Positions 1-8,309 of a DNA stretch of 32,000 bases are shown piece after piece. This DNA comes from Kineococcus radiotolerans SRS30216 = ATCC BAA-149 (lineage in GTDB: Bacteria > Actinomycetota > Actinomycetes > Actinomycetales > Kineococcaceae): contig NC_009664.2 of the NCBI RefSeq assembly GCF_000017305.1, forward strand, positions 3,210,001 to 3,242,000, written 5' to 3'. A program made the position numbers and the translations under genes. Position 1 is the stretch's first letter, and every line of letters starts with the position of its first letter. Below the pieces are notes generated by a model, which saw only the letters and a list, made by a program, of their open reading frames with translations, did not search any database and had not been told where the DNA came from.

Positions 1-803
1 ACGACTCGCCCGGTGCCCCCGTCAACGGGGCCGACTACGTCCGGCTGCGCAACCTCGACGGGTACCTCTCCGACGGGTTCGTCGACTTCGTCGGGGCGAA
101 GAACTACCCCACGACCCCGGTCGAGTGGACCGTCGAGGACGGCGCCCTCGTCTCCGGCAGCGGCGACAACCTCGACCGCGCGGTCGTGCGGACCGTGGAC
201 GTCCCGGCCGCCGACCCGACCATCACCCTCGACCTCGAGCTGGACACCGAGGAGGGCTACGACTACTTCTACGTCCAGGCCCACGACCCGGCCACGGGCA
301 CGTGGGTGAACCTGCCCACCGAGGGGGCCGACGAGACCACCGGCGGTCTGTCCGGGACGTTCTCCGGTGAGCGGACCTGGGACGCCTCGGCCTTCGCGGG
401 CCGCAGCGTCGACCTCGCCCTGCGCTACGTCACCGACGGCGGGGTCTCGAACCCCGGGGTCGTCGTGCGGTCGGTGCGCGTCGGCGGCGTCGAACTGCCG
501 GGCGTCGCGGACCTGTCGACCTGGAAGTCCCTCACCCAGGCGCACCCCGTACCGGTCGCCGGCTGGACCGTGCAGCTCGTCGGCTACGACGCCGGGCGCG
601 CCTCCGTCGTGAAGCTGCCGACCGTGTCCACGCCCTGGGGCTGGAAGACCGTCGCCCCGGTCTCCCTCGTCCTGGGCTTCAAGCCGGAGGTCGCCGCGGT
701 GATCGTGACCGCCGACGACCCGACCGAGACGGCGCCCGCGTACGCGCCGTACCAGCTGTTCGCCAACGGGGTCCTGCAGCCCGGCGGTGGCTCGGGCGCC
801 TGA
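1..803 (+). CDS. C-terminal part of a secreted M6 (immune inhibitor A-like) metalloprotease; the 5' end lies outside the window (frame 3)
   Basis: The frame is open from the window edge to TGA 801-803 and third positions are G/C-saturated. The stretch ...LELDTEEGYDYFYVQAHDPATGTWVNL... resembles the region following the catalytic domain of InhA/M6 peptidases. This is motif-level recognition only. Confidence 0.5.
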   Translation, partial: DSPGAPVNGADYVRLRNLDGYLSDGFVDFVGAKNYPTTPVEWTVEDGALVSGSGDNLDRAVVRTVDVPAADPTITLDLELDTEEGYDYFYVQAHDPATGTWVNLPTEGADETTGGLSGTFSGERTWDASAFAGRSVDLALRYVTDGGVSNPGVVVRSVRVGGVELPGVADLSTWKSLTQAHPVPVAGWTVQLVGYDAGRASVVKLPTVSTPWGWKTVAPVSLVLGFKPEVAAVIVTADDPTETAPAYAPYQLFANGVLQPGGGSGA

Positions 804-821
804 GCCTCCGCGCCCGGACGA

Positions 822-859
822 CAGCGGCCCCGGGACCCGTGAGGGTCCCGGGGCCGCTG
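822..859. terminator. GC-rich perfect hairpin between convergent genes; candidate bidirectional intrinsic terminator
   Basis: cagcggccccgggaccc (822-838) pairs perfectly with gggtcccggggccgctg (843-859) around a gtga loop, giving a 17-bp stem. It sits between the stop at 803 (+) and the stop at 871 (-). There is no U-tract on either side, as is common in actinobacteria. Confidence 0.5.
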
Positions 860-870
860 CGCGTGCGGGG

Positions 871-2565
871 TCAGACGATCGCGAAGAGCACGTACCCGCC
901 GACGGCCAGCACCAGCACGATCACGCTGAGGACCGTGGGGGAGCGGTACCAGCCGGCCTCGCGCGGCACGGCCCGCACCGAGGCGGGGGTGAGGGACCAG
1001 ACCAGCCCCGCCAGGTCCGCCTCCGGCTTGGGCGTCCCGGCGCGGGAGATCAGCCAGCCGACGAGGACGGCCACGACGGTCGCGACCCCGCCGCCGAGGA
1101 AGCTGGAACCCTGACCGGACAGGTCGAGGACACCCACCTGGTTCAGCACGAAGACGAGGACCGCGCTGAGCGTCCCCGACAGCAGGCCCCAGAAGCCGCC
1201 CGTCCCGGTGAGCTTCTTCCAGAACAGGCCGAACGCGAACACCGCGAACAGCGGGACGTTGAAGAACGAGAACAGCGTCTGGATGTAGTCCATGATGTTC
1301 GTGAAACCCGCGGCGATGAAGGCGGTGCCGATCGCCAGCACCGTCCCCACGACGGTGACCGTGCGGCCCACGTTCAGGTAGTACCGGTCGTCGCGGCCCG
1401 GGCGCAGCCAGTCCTGCCACAGGTCGTAGGTGAAAACGGTGTTGAACGAGCTCACGTTGGCGGCCATGCCGGCCATGAACGCCGCGAGCAGACCGGCGAG
1501 GGCCACCCCGAGGAAACCGTTCGGCAGCAGTTCCCGCAGCAGCAGCGGGACGGCGTCGTTGTAGGTGACGTCGCTGGGCAGGCCCTTCTTCAGGCTCTCG
1601 ATGCCCGGGATGAGGACCGCGGCGATCATGCCGGGGATGATGATGACCAGCGCGATGAGGACCTTCGGGATCGCCGCGATGAGCGGGGTCCGCTGGGCCG
1701 CGGCCGCGTTGCGGGCCGAGAACGCCCGCTGCACCTCGGTGAAGTTCGTCGTCCAGTAGCCGAAGCTCGTGACGAACCCCAGGCCGAGGACGACCCCGAA
1801 CGTGGAGCCGATGGCGCTGCCGATGCCGGTGAGGTCCTGGGCCGGGAACGCCTGCAGCATGTTCTCGCTGCCCTGGTCGGTGAGGCGGCCCACCAGGCCG
1901 TCCCAGCCGCCGACGCGGTGCAGGCCGACGATCGTGATCGGGACCATCGTCACCACGATGACGAAGAACTGCAGGACCTCGTTGTAGATCGCGGCCGAGA
2001 GACCGCCGAGGAACGTGTAGGCCAGCACGATGACGCCGGCGACGACGATCGCGAGCCAGGTCGGCCAGCCCAGCAGGGCGTTGACGACGATGGCCATCGC
2101 GTAGAGGTTCACCCCGGCCAGCAGGACCGAGGCGATGGCGAACAGCAGGCCCTGCAGGCGCTGGGTCTTGGCGTCGAAGCGGCGGCCGAGGAACTCCGGG
2201 ACCGACCGCACCTTCGAGCCGTAGTAGAACGGCATCATCACCAGCGCGAGGAACACCATCGCGGGGATGGCGCCGATCCAGTAGTAGTGGAACGCCTGCT
2301 CGCCGAACTGCGCGCCGTTGGCGGCCTGGCCCAGGAGCTCGGTGGCGCCCAGGTTCGCGGAGACGAACGCGAGACCGGTGACCCAGGCGGGCAGGCTGCG
2401 CCCGGACAGCAGGAAGTCCAGGCTGGAGGAGACGTTGCGGCGGGCGATGAGGCCGATGCCGAGCACCACGAGGAAGTAGAAGCCGACCAGCAGGTAGTCG
2501 ACGAGGTGGGCGTCGATGCGCAGCGTCGGCTCGGCGGCCACGGCGGTGGCGAGGGCGGCGCTCAC
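871..2565 (-). CDS. Sodium:solute symporter family (SSF) transporter, 564 aa
   Basis: The protein is strongly hydrophobic and multi-helix. Its N-terminal FLLSGRSLPAWVTGLAFVSANLGATELLG is the SSF signature region. The start is set at GTG 2565-2563, which overlaps the upstream stop (GTGA). The longer ORF-track start at 2967 would read through the upstream gene in another frame. Confidence 0.85.
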   Translation of the reverse strand: MSAALATAVAAEPTLRIDAHLVDYLLVGFYFLVVLGIGLIARRNVSSSLDFLLSGRSLPAWVTGLAFVSANLGATELLGQAANGAQFGEQAFHYYWIGAIPAMVFLALVMMPFYYGSKVRSVPEFLGRRFDAKTQRLQGLLFAIASVLLAGVNLYAMAIVVNALLGWPTWLAIVVAGVIVLAYTFLGGLSAAIYNEVLQFFVIVVTMVPITIVGLHRVGGWDGLVGRLTDQGSENMLQAFPAQDLTGIGSAIGSTFGVVLGLGFVTSFGYWTTNFTEVQRAFSARNAAAAQRTPLIAAIPKVLIALVIIIPGMIAAVLIPGIESLKKGLPSDVTYNDAVPLLLRELLPNGFLGVALAGLLAAFMAGMAANVSSFNTVFTYDLWQDWLRPGRDDRYYLNVGRTVTVVGTVLAIGTAFIAAGFTNIMDYIQTLFSFFNVPLFAVFAFGLFWKKLTGTGGFWGLLSGTLSAVLVFVLNQVGVLDLSGQGSSFLGGGVATVVAVLVGWLISRAGTPKPEADLAGLVWSLTPASVRAVPREAGWYRSPTVLSVIVLVLAVGGYVLFAIV

Positions 2566-2867
2566 TCCTCCCCCTCCCCGGTGGCGGCGGCGTCCGCGGT
2601 GGGCTCGGCGGGGTGCAGCGGTCTCGCCAGCGTCCAGCCGATGAAGACGGCGGACAGGGCGAGCATGCCGATCCCGCTCCACAGGTTGAGGTTGATCCCG
2701 CCGGTCTTGGCGCGGTCGGCGTCGGTGAACGACACCAGCCCCCAGACCAGGCAGACCACGCCGTAGACGGCGAACAGGCCGCCGATCACGGTGCGGATGT
2801 CGAAGAGGACGTCGGCCTTCCGGTCGGTCCCCCGTGGTTGTGCTGACACGAGTGAGCTCCAGGGCAT
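2562..2867 (-). CDS. Small two-helix membrane protein, probable accessory subunit of the symporter
   Basis: Two hydrophobic helices are present (VIGGLFAVYGVVCLVWGLV and WSGIGMLALSAVFIGWTLA). The stop codon overlaps the symporter GTG start and third positions are G/C-rich. ATG 2867 is preferred over TTG 2903, but the start is uncertain. Confidence 0.6.
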   Translation of the reverse strand: MPWSSLVSAQPRGTDRKADVLFDIRTVIGGLFAVYGVVCLVWGLVSFTDADRAKTGGINLNLWSGIGMLALSAVFIGWTLARPLHPAEPTADAAATGEGEE

Positions 2868-3115
2868 CGTTGAAGGAACGCCGTACACCCTTGCACGGAG
2901 CAACGATCCCGGTGTCAGCGGGTACGTCCGAGCGGGTGGCTACGTTCCCCGCTGTGACCAGGGTCACTCGACCGTGTCGCGGAGCGCGAGCACCCGGTCA
3001 CCCGTTCCGCCCCGGACGAGGACGTCCCGGGTCGCGGCGGCCGTGACCTCCTCGTCGACGACGTCCGCGGGGGCCTGCACGGTGCCGACCCGCCCCGGTG
3101 ACCCGGGGACGGGTC

Positions 3116-5710
3116 TCAGTCGATCCGCACCCCCGCGCCGCGCATGCGCTTCTTGCTGCGCTGCACCGACTCCTTGAACGCGCGGATGACCTTCAGACCG
3201 CGCCGCCGGAACCCCAGGAGGTCCATCGCGCCGTCCAGGACGGCCTGCTCCGGGACCGCCAGGCCCAGCCGGGCGAAGGTGAGCGCGACCGCGGCGTCGA
3301 TCACCGCGGGCGGGGTCTGGTCGACGTTGGGGTGCGAGCCGCCCAGGCCGGTGAGGAACTGCGCGAGGGTTGCCTCGGCGGCGGCCGCCGAGCCCAGGCC
3401 CTTGGGGAGTTCCACGACCCCGGTGGGTTCGGGTTCGGGCTCGGGCTCGCGCGTGGGTTCGACGACCGGTGCGGGCGTGGGCTCCACGACGGGCTCGGGC
3501 GTGGGCTCGGGCGTGGGTTCGGGCTCGACGACCGGCTCGACGACGGGCTCGACGACCGGCTCGACGACGGGCTCGACGACCGGCTCGACGACCGGCTCGA
3601 CGACCGGCTCGACGACCGGCTCGACGACCGGCTCGACGACCGGCTCGACGACCGGCTCCACGACCGGCTCCACGACCGGCTCCACGACCGGCTCCACGAG
3701 CCGGGCCCGGGCCAGGTCCGCGGCGGCCGCGAGCGCTTCGAGCGCCCGCCGGGTGGTGGCCCGCGGGTCCCGGAGCCAGTCCAGGGCGGGCACCCGCAGG
3801 TGCGTCGCACCGGTCTCGGCCACCCGGGCCGGCCGCGCGACCTCGCGGTCGCGCACCGTGGGCAGTGCCCGGTACCCCGCGCCGTCCAGGTCCAGGGCGA
3901 CCACCGGGACGGTCCCGTCGGCCTCGGCGGGGCCGGTGAGCAGGACGTCGACGGGGTGGCCGGCGAGCACGTCGCCCGTGGTGACCGTGGACCCGGGGGA
4001 CCCCGACCGCAGCGCCGCCGCGATCGAGGTGCCCAGGACCTCGGTGGCCTCGGCGGCGGCGTCGCGGGGCACGGCCGGCCAGCCGAGCTCGTGCGGGGTC
4101 AGCGCACCCGCCGCGGCGCGCTGCCACGCCGAGCCCGGCTCCGCCGCGGCGGCCTCGCCGACCAGGACCAGCTGGCGGGCCCGCCCGGCGAGCTCCAGCA
4201 CCTCCGCGGCGTCGACCCGGTGGGCGTCCACCACCACGAGGACGTCGACCCCGGTGTCGGGGACGGAGGTGCGCACGGGGCCCGCCGATCCGTCGGCCAG
4301 CGCCGCCCGCAGCCCGGCGGCGGCGCGCTCGTGCCGCGCGGCGGCCAGCGCGCGCAGCTCCGCCGCCGCGTCCGCGGCGGGGGCGGGCGCGCGGGTCTCG
4401 ACCAGGGCCCGCAGCCAGGCGGCGCGGACGAGGTCCGCGGCGTCCCCGGGGGCCGCCCCCGCGGGCAGCGCCGCGGTGAGGTCGTCGAGCTCGGAGGGGG
4501 TGAGCGGGGGACGGCGCTGCGCGTCGCGGGCCCCGGCCACCAGGCCCTCCGCCCGGGCGGCGAGCGCGGGGAGCTGCGCGGGGTCCAGGTCGTCGGGGTC
4601 GGCGGGGAGCTCCGGCAGGACCGCCGCCGCGCCGGCGAGGGCCCGGCGGGCGGTCTCGAGCCGGCGGGCGAGGTCGGGGCGCCCGGGCCACGGCCCGGGG
4701 GTCCCGGAAGCCTCCCGGGCCCAGGCGTCCTGCACCTCCTGCAGCGCCTCGACGTCGCGCAGCCCGAAGGAGCCGTCGTGGCGCAGGGCCCCCAGCCGCT
4801 TCACCTCCCGGCGGCGGTCGCGCTCCTCCGCGCTCAGGAAGGAGCGCTGCTGGCGGGTGAGGACCGAGCGGGCCTGGGCGAGGTCGGTGCGCAGCGCCCC
4901 GGGCACGTACGTGCCCGAGAGCGCCTCCACGCGCCCGAGGACGTCCATAGCGCGGGTGAGGTCGGCGAGGGTGCGGGGAGGGTTCCAGCCGAGCTCCCCG
5001 ACCAGGCGCTGCCCCGCCTCGTCCAGCTCCCGCAGGGCCGCGGGCAGGGCCTCGACCGCGGCCACCTCGCTCCCGGAGCGGCCGGCCAGCGGGTCCGGAC
5101 CCGCGAGGGCCCCGCGGTGCACGGCCTCCGCGACCTGCTCCCGCTGCGCCGGCGTCCAGCCCGCCGCGCCCGCGAGCAGCGGGGGGTGCACGTGGCGGGC
5201 GCGCAGGGCGACGAGCTCGGCCGCCGCGGCGAACGGGCTGGGGGCACCCTCGGCGGCCGGCTCGTGCAGCTGCTGCGCGCCGCGCCCGAGCAGGTCCACC
5301 AGGGCCGACCAGCGCCCCGGCTCCCCGGCGGGGTCCCCGCCCGCGGGGACGGGCGCCGGGTCGCTCCCCGGCCGGCCCAGCGCGGTCACCGCGGCGCGGA
5401 CCCCGTCGCCCGCGGGGCCGGTGAGCACGGCCACGTCGGCGCCGCGGGCCGCCAGCACCGCCACCAGCCCCGCCGTGAACGCGGCGGCCTCCTCGCCCGC
5501 GTCGACCACCGCGGGGGCGCCGGCGAGGACGGCGGCCACGGCCCGGGTGTGCCGGGAGGTGGCGCTCGCCGGCAGCAGGTCGCTCCAGCCCGGCTCCACC
5601 GGGTCGGGGGCCGGGACGTCCGCGATCCGCGTCGCCGACCCGTCCCGCAGCGCCCGGAGCAGGTCGGCGTGGAGGGCGGCGTCCGGGACGTGGGGGGTGT
5701 CGGGGCTCAC
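3116..5710 (-). CDS. Large degenerate helicase-like / restriction-endonuclease-like protein with an (EPVV)n linker and a Lys-rich C-terminal DUF3320-like tail, 864 aa
   Basis: Third positions are near 100% G/C in this frame. The architecture parallels the 1274-aa protein at 14842-18666. There is a degenerate P-loop region (AVVDAGEEAAAFTAGLVAVLAARG). A motif II/III-like stretch reads DVLVVVDAHRV...QLVLVGEAAAAEP. An REase-like block reads HPVDVLLTG...VVALDLDG. These are followed by the EPVV repeats and a tail ending GLKVIRAFKESVQRSKKRMRG. The start is set at GTG 5710, downstream of the hydrolase gene, because the ORF-track N-terminus (to 6337) overlaps that gene out of frame. Confidence 0.7.
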   Translation of the reverse strand: MSPDTPHVPDAALHADLLRALRDGSATRIADVPAPDPVEPGWSDLLPASATSRHTRAVAAVLAGAPAVVDAGEEAAAFTAGLVAVLAARGADVAVLTGPAGDGVRAAVTALGRPGSDPAPVPAGGDPAGEPGRWSALVDLLGRGAQQLHEPAAEGAPSPFAAAAELVALRARHVHPPLLAGAAGWTPAQREQVAEAVHRGALAGPDPLAGRSGSEVAAVEALPAALRELDEAGQRLVGELGWNPPRTLADLTRAMDVLGRVEALSGTYVPGALRTDLAQARSVLTRQQRSFLSAEERDRRREVKRLGALRHDGSFGLRDVEALQEVQDAWAREASGTPGPWPGRPDLARRLETARRALAGAAAVLPELPADPDDLDPAQLPALAARAEGLVAGARDAQRRPPLTPSELDDLTAALPAGAAPGDAADLVRAAWLRALVETRAPAPAADAAAELRALAAARHERAAAGLRAALADGSAGPVRTSVPDTGVDVLVVVDAHRVDAAEVLELAGRARQLVLVGEAAAAEPGSAWQRAAAGALTPHELGWPAVPRDAAAEATEVLGTSIAAALRSGSPGSTVTTGDVLAGHPVDVLLTGPAEADGTVPVVALDLDGAGYRALPTVRDREVARPARVAETGATHLRVPALDWLRDPRATTRRALEALAAAADLARARLVEPVVEPVVEPVVEPVVEPVVEPVVEPVVEPVVEPVVEPVVEPVVEPVVEPVVEPVVEPEPTPEPTPEPVVEPTPAPVVEPTREPEPEPEPTGVVELPKGLGSAAAAEATLAQFLTGLGGSHPNVDQTPPAVIDAAVALTFARLGLAVPEQAVLDGAMDLLGFRRRGLKVIRAFKESVQRSKKRMRGAGVRID
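3522..3701 (-). repeat. In-frame 12-bp tandem repeat, 15 units, encoding (EPVV)15
   Basis: On the plus strand the unit is ggctcgacgacc. Units 1-4 alternate ...gacc/...gacg, units 5-11 are identical, units 12-14 are identical ggctccacgacc variants, and unit 15 is ggctccacgagc. A looser EP/TP-rich region flanks the array at 3421-3521. Confidence 0.95.
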
Positions 5711-5717
5711 GCCCGTG

Positions 5718-5723
5718 AAAGTA
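5718..5723 (-). promoter_or_regulatory. Candidate -10 hexamer (TACTTT) for a leaderless transcript of the 864-aa gene
   Basis: The minus strand reads TACTTT-cacgggc-GTG, placing a TANNNT hexamer 7 nt upstream of the start codon. No Shine-Dalgarno sequence is present. Confidence 0.35.
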
Positions 5724-5744
5724 CCGGTCGGCGGGGGGAGCGGC

Positions 5745-6491
5745 TCAGGACCCGCCGGGCGGGGCGCCGCCGAGACCGGCCACGGCCCGCACGACCGCCT
5801 CGTGCAGCACGGGGTTCCCGAGGGGGGCGAAGTGCCCGTCGAGGGGGAGCTCGACCTCGACGGCCCCCGCGAGGCCCGGGGCCCCCTCCGCGCGGGGGAC
5901 GTGCGGGTCGAAGCGCGGGCGCAGCGCCACGATCCGCGGGTGGGACCGCACGTCGGCCACCAGCTCCCGCAGGGCGCGCGGGGACATCCGGCGCACCGCG
6001 CGGGCCGGGAACCAGGCGGCGTGGCGGGACCCCGCGAACGGCGTCGCCACCGCGACCACCCCCCGCACCCGCGCGTCGACCTCGGGCAGGGCCAGGGCGG
6101 TCTTGGCGATGAGGCCGCCCTTGGAGTGGGCGACGACGACGACCCCCCGCAGGTCGAGCTCCACGAGGCGGTCGCGCACCGCCGCGGCCCCGACGTCCAG
6201 GTCGGCGGAGTTGGTGCCCAGGCCGGGGACGACGTGGACGGGGTGGCCGGCGGCGTGCAGGGCGTCGCCGAGCCCGCGCAGCACCGACCACGACTCCCAG
6301 ACGCCCGGGAGCAGCAGGACCGGGGTGCCGGGGCCACTGAGCCAGCGCGCGGGGTCGGGGGGAGCCAGCCACGCCCGGACCTGGGCGGTGACGATCCAGG
6401 CGTAGTCCGCGGCGCGCACCCGCAGCCGCAGCCCGCCCGGGCGGGCGCCGGGGGTGGTGCGGCGGGGGATCACCGGCCCATCGTCGCCCAC
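5745..6491 (-). CDS. Alpha/beta hydrolase, lipase/esterase-like (AHSKGG nucleophile elbow)
   Basis: VLLLPGVWESW...VVVAHSKGGLIAKTAL carries an A-x-S-x-G elbow like the AHSMGG of small Bacillus-type lipases, and ...LPLDGHF supplies a candidate catalytic His. GTG 6491 lies 14 nt after the ABC ATPase stop. The exact start is uncertain. Confidence 0.75.
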   Translation of the reverse strand: MGDDGPVIPRRTTPGARPGGLRLRVRAADYAWIVTAQVRAWLAPPDPARWLSGPGTPVLLLPGVWESWSVLRGLGDALHAAGHPVHVVPGLGTNSADLDVGAAAVRDRLVELDLRGVVVVAHSKGGLIAKTALALPEVDARVRGVVAVATPFAGSRHAAWFPARAVRRMSPRALRELVADVRSHPRIVALRPRFDPHVPRAEGAPGLAGAVEVELPLDGHFAPLGNPVLHEAVVRAVAGLGGAPPGGS

Positions 6492-6504
6492 CCGGCCCCG
6501 CGCC

Positions 6505-7260
6505 TCAGTGGTAGACGGCGATGGGGCCGTGGGGGCCCTCCAGGCAGGTGACGGGGGTGTCGAAGACCCGGGTGAGGACGTCGCCGGTGAGGATCTCGGC
6601 GGGGGTCCCGAACTCCACGACGCGACCGTCCTTCACCGCGCAGATCCGGTCCGCGTAGCGGCCGGCGAAGTTGATGTCGTGCAGGACGACGACCACGGTG
6701 CGGCCCAGTTCGTCCGCGGCCCGGCGCAGGTGCTTCATCATCTGCACCGAGTGCTTCACGTCGAGGTTGTTCAGCGGCTCGTCCAGCAGCAGGTACTCCG
6801 TCTCCTGGCTGAGCACCATCGCGACGTAGGCGCGCTGGCGCTGGCCCCCGGACAGCTGGTCGAGGTAGCGGTGCTCCAGCTCCCCGAGGTCGAGGAAGTC
6901 GATGGAGCGGGAGACCACCTCCTCGTCGGCGCGGGTGAGCCGGCCCCGCGAGTGCGGGTAGCGGCCGAACGCGACGAGCTGGCGGACCGTCAGCCGGGTG
7001 ACGAAGTGGTTCTCCTGGCGGAGGATGGAGACGACCTTCGCCAGTTCCGCGGAGGGGGTGCGGCTGACGTCGTGGCCCCCGACCACGACGGCGCCGGCGT
7101 CCGCGCCCAGCAGCCGCCCCACCAGCGTCAGCAGCGTGGACTTGCCGGCGCCGTTCGGGCCGACGAGCGCGGTGACGCCGCCGGCGGGGATGCGCAGGTC
7201 GACGGGCCCGATGGACACCTCGGCGGAGTGGTCCTTCCGCACGCCCAGGAGTTCGATCAC
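6505..7260 (-). CDS. Iron-siderophore ABC transporter ATP-binding protein (YclP/FepC-like)
   Basis: The protein has a Walker A (GPNGAGKST), the ABC signature LSGGQRQR, a Walker B (LLLDEPLNNLDVKH) and the H-loop LHDINF. The GTG start overlaps the permease stop (GTGA). Confidence 0.9.
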   Translation of the reverse strand: MIELLGVRKDHSAEVSIGPVDLRIPAGGVTALVGPNGAGKSTLLTLVGRLLGADAGAVVVGGHDVSRTPSAELAKVVSILRQENHFVTRLTVRQLVAFGRYPHSRGRLTRADEEVVSRSIDFLDLGELEHRYLDQLSGGQRQRAYVAMVLSQETEYLLLDEPLNNLDVKHSVQMMKHLRRAADELGRTVVVVLHDINFAGRYADRICAVKDGRVVEFGTPAEILTGDVLTRVFDTPVTCLEGPHGPIAVYH

Positions 7261-8309
7261 AACCGGCCCTTCCGCAGCAGCACGACGAGGAAGGCGGTGC
7301 CCCCGACGGCCTCGATGATGATGGATACCGCACCCTCGGCGTGGAAGACGTTCTTCAGCACGACGTAGGCCCCGGCCAGGACGACGAAACCCGACACGGC
7401 CGCCACCGGGAAGAGGTGGCGGTGGTGGTGGGTCGGGGTGAGCTGGTACGTCAGGGTGGCGACGAGGAACCCGAGGAACGTCATGGGGCCGACCAGGGCG
7501 GTGGAGACCGCCATGAGGACCGACACCAGGGACAACGTCACCAGCACGTCGCGGCGGTGGTTCGCGCCGAGGGTGACGGCGACGTCCCGGCCGAGGGCGA
7601 GGACGTCGAGGCGGGCCGAGGACCGCCACAGCGCGGCGGCGGCGAGCAGGCAGAGCGGGACGGCGACGGGCAGGTACCCGGCGTCGGCGTTGGCGACCGA
7701 CCCGAACAGGCGCGCGGTGAGGACGTCGAACTCGCTGGGGGTCAGCAGCCGCTGCATGAACGTGGCCACCGACCGCAGCCCGCCGCCCAGCACGATGCCG
7801 ATGAGCAGCACCACGTGCAGGTTCGCGTACCGGCCGCTGAGCAGCCACCCGTAGAGCAGCAGCGAGAACCCCACCATGAGGACGACCTGCAGGCCGAACT
7901 GCGGCAGGCCCTGCAGCGCGACGACCCCGGCCGCGCCGAGGACGTAGACGGCGGAGGTCTGCAGCGCCACGTAGAGCGCCTCGAACCCCACGACGGAGGG
8001 GGTGACGATGCGGTTGCCCGTGACCGTCTGGAACGCCACGGTCGCGGTGGCCTGGCACACGGCGACGACGGCGATGACCACCAGGCTCGTCGCGCGCAGC
8101 TGCGCGATGCGCCGGAACCCGGGGGTCCCGAACGGCAGCGGGTTCCCCCAGGTCAGGACGAGCGCGGCCAGGACGAGGGCCAGGGCGGTGAGCGAGCAGA
8201 GCAGCACCCGGTGGCGGCGCCGTTCCCGGGGGGTGCGGAACGCGTCGGTGCGGTCGGCGCGCGCGGGCGGGGCGGCCGCGACGCCCGGGAGGGTTCGCGG
8301 TTCAGGCAC
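7257..8309 (-). CDS. FecCD-family iron-chelate ABC permease
   Basis: This is a multi-helix hydrophobic protein containing ...FQTVTGNRIVTPSVVGFEALY..., typical of YclO/FepG-type permeases. Its GTG start overlaps the stop of the upstream permease by 8 nt. Confidence 0.85.
   Translation of the reverse strand: MPEPRTLPGVAAAPPARADRTDAFRTPRERRRHRVLLCSLTALALVLAALVLTWGNPLPFGTPGFRRIAQLRATSLVVIAVVAVCQATATVAFQTVTGNRIVTPSVVGFEALYVALQTSAVYVLGAAGVVALQGLPQFGLQVVLMVGFSLLLYGWLLSGRYANLHVVLLIGIVLGGGLRSVATFMQRLLTPSEFDVLTARLFGSVANADAGYLPVAVPLCLLAAAALWRSSARLDVLALGRDVAVTLGANHRRDVLVTLSLVSVLMAVSTALVGPMTFLGFLVATLTYQLTPTHHHRHLFPVAAVSGFVVLAGAYVVLKNVFHAEGAVSIIIEAVGGTAFLVVLLRKGRL

Noticed and set aside
787-2766. A 659-aa plus-strand ORF antisense to the symporter
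   Set aside because: The minus frame encodes an obvious multi-helix SSF transporter. The plus-frame product is charged low-complexity sequence (runs of D, E, R, G, H) with no membrane or enzymatic motifs.
3522-3701. A regular short repeat array that might be a CRISPR locus
   Set aside because: The units are 12 bp, contiguous and without spacers. They are in frame within a long coding region with coding codon bias. No cas genes are nearby.
3098-6551. Plus-strand ORFs of 1004 and 1135 aa, and the minus-strand 575-aa ORF, overlapping the 864-aa and hydrolase genes
   Set aside because: They are alternative or antisense frames of better-supported genes. Their translations are Arg/Gly/Pro or Ser/Thr/Ala homopolymer-like (for example GSTT or RLDD repeats produced by the EPVV array).
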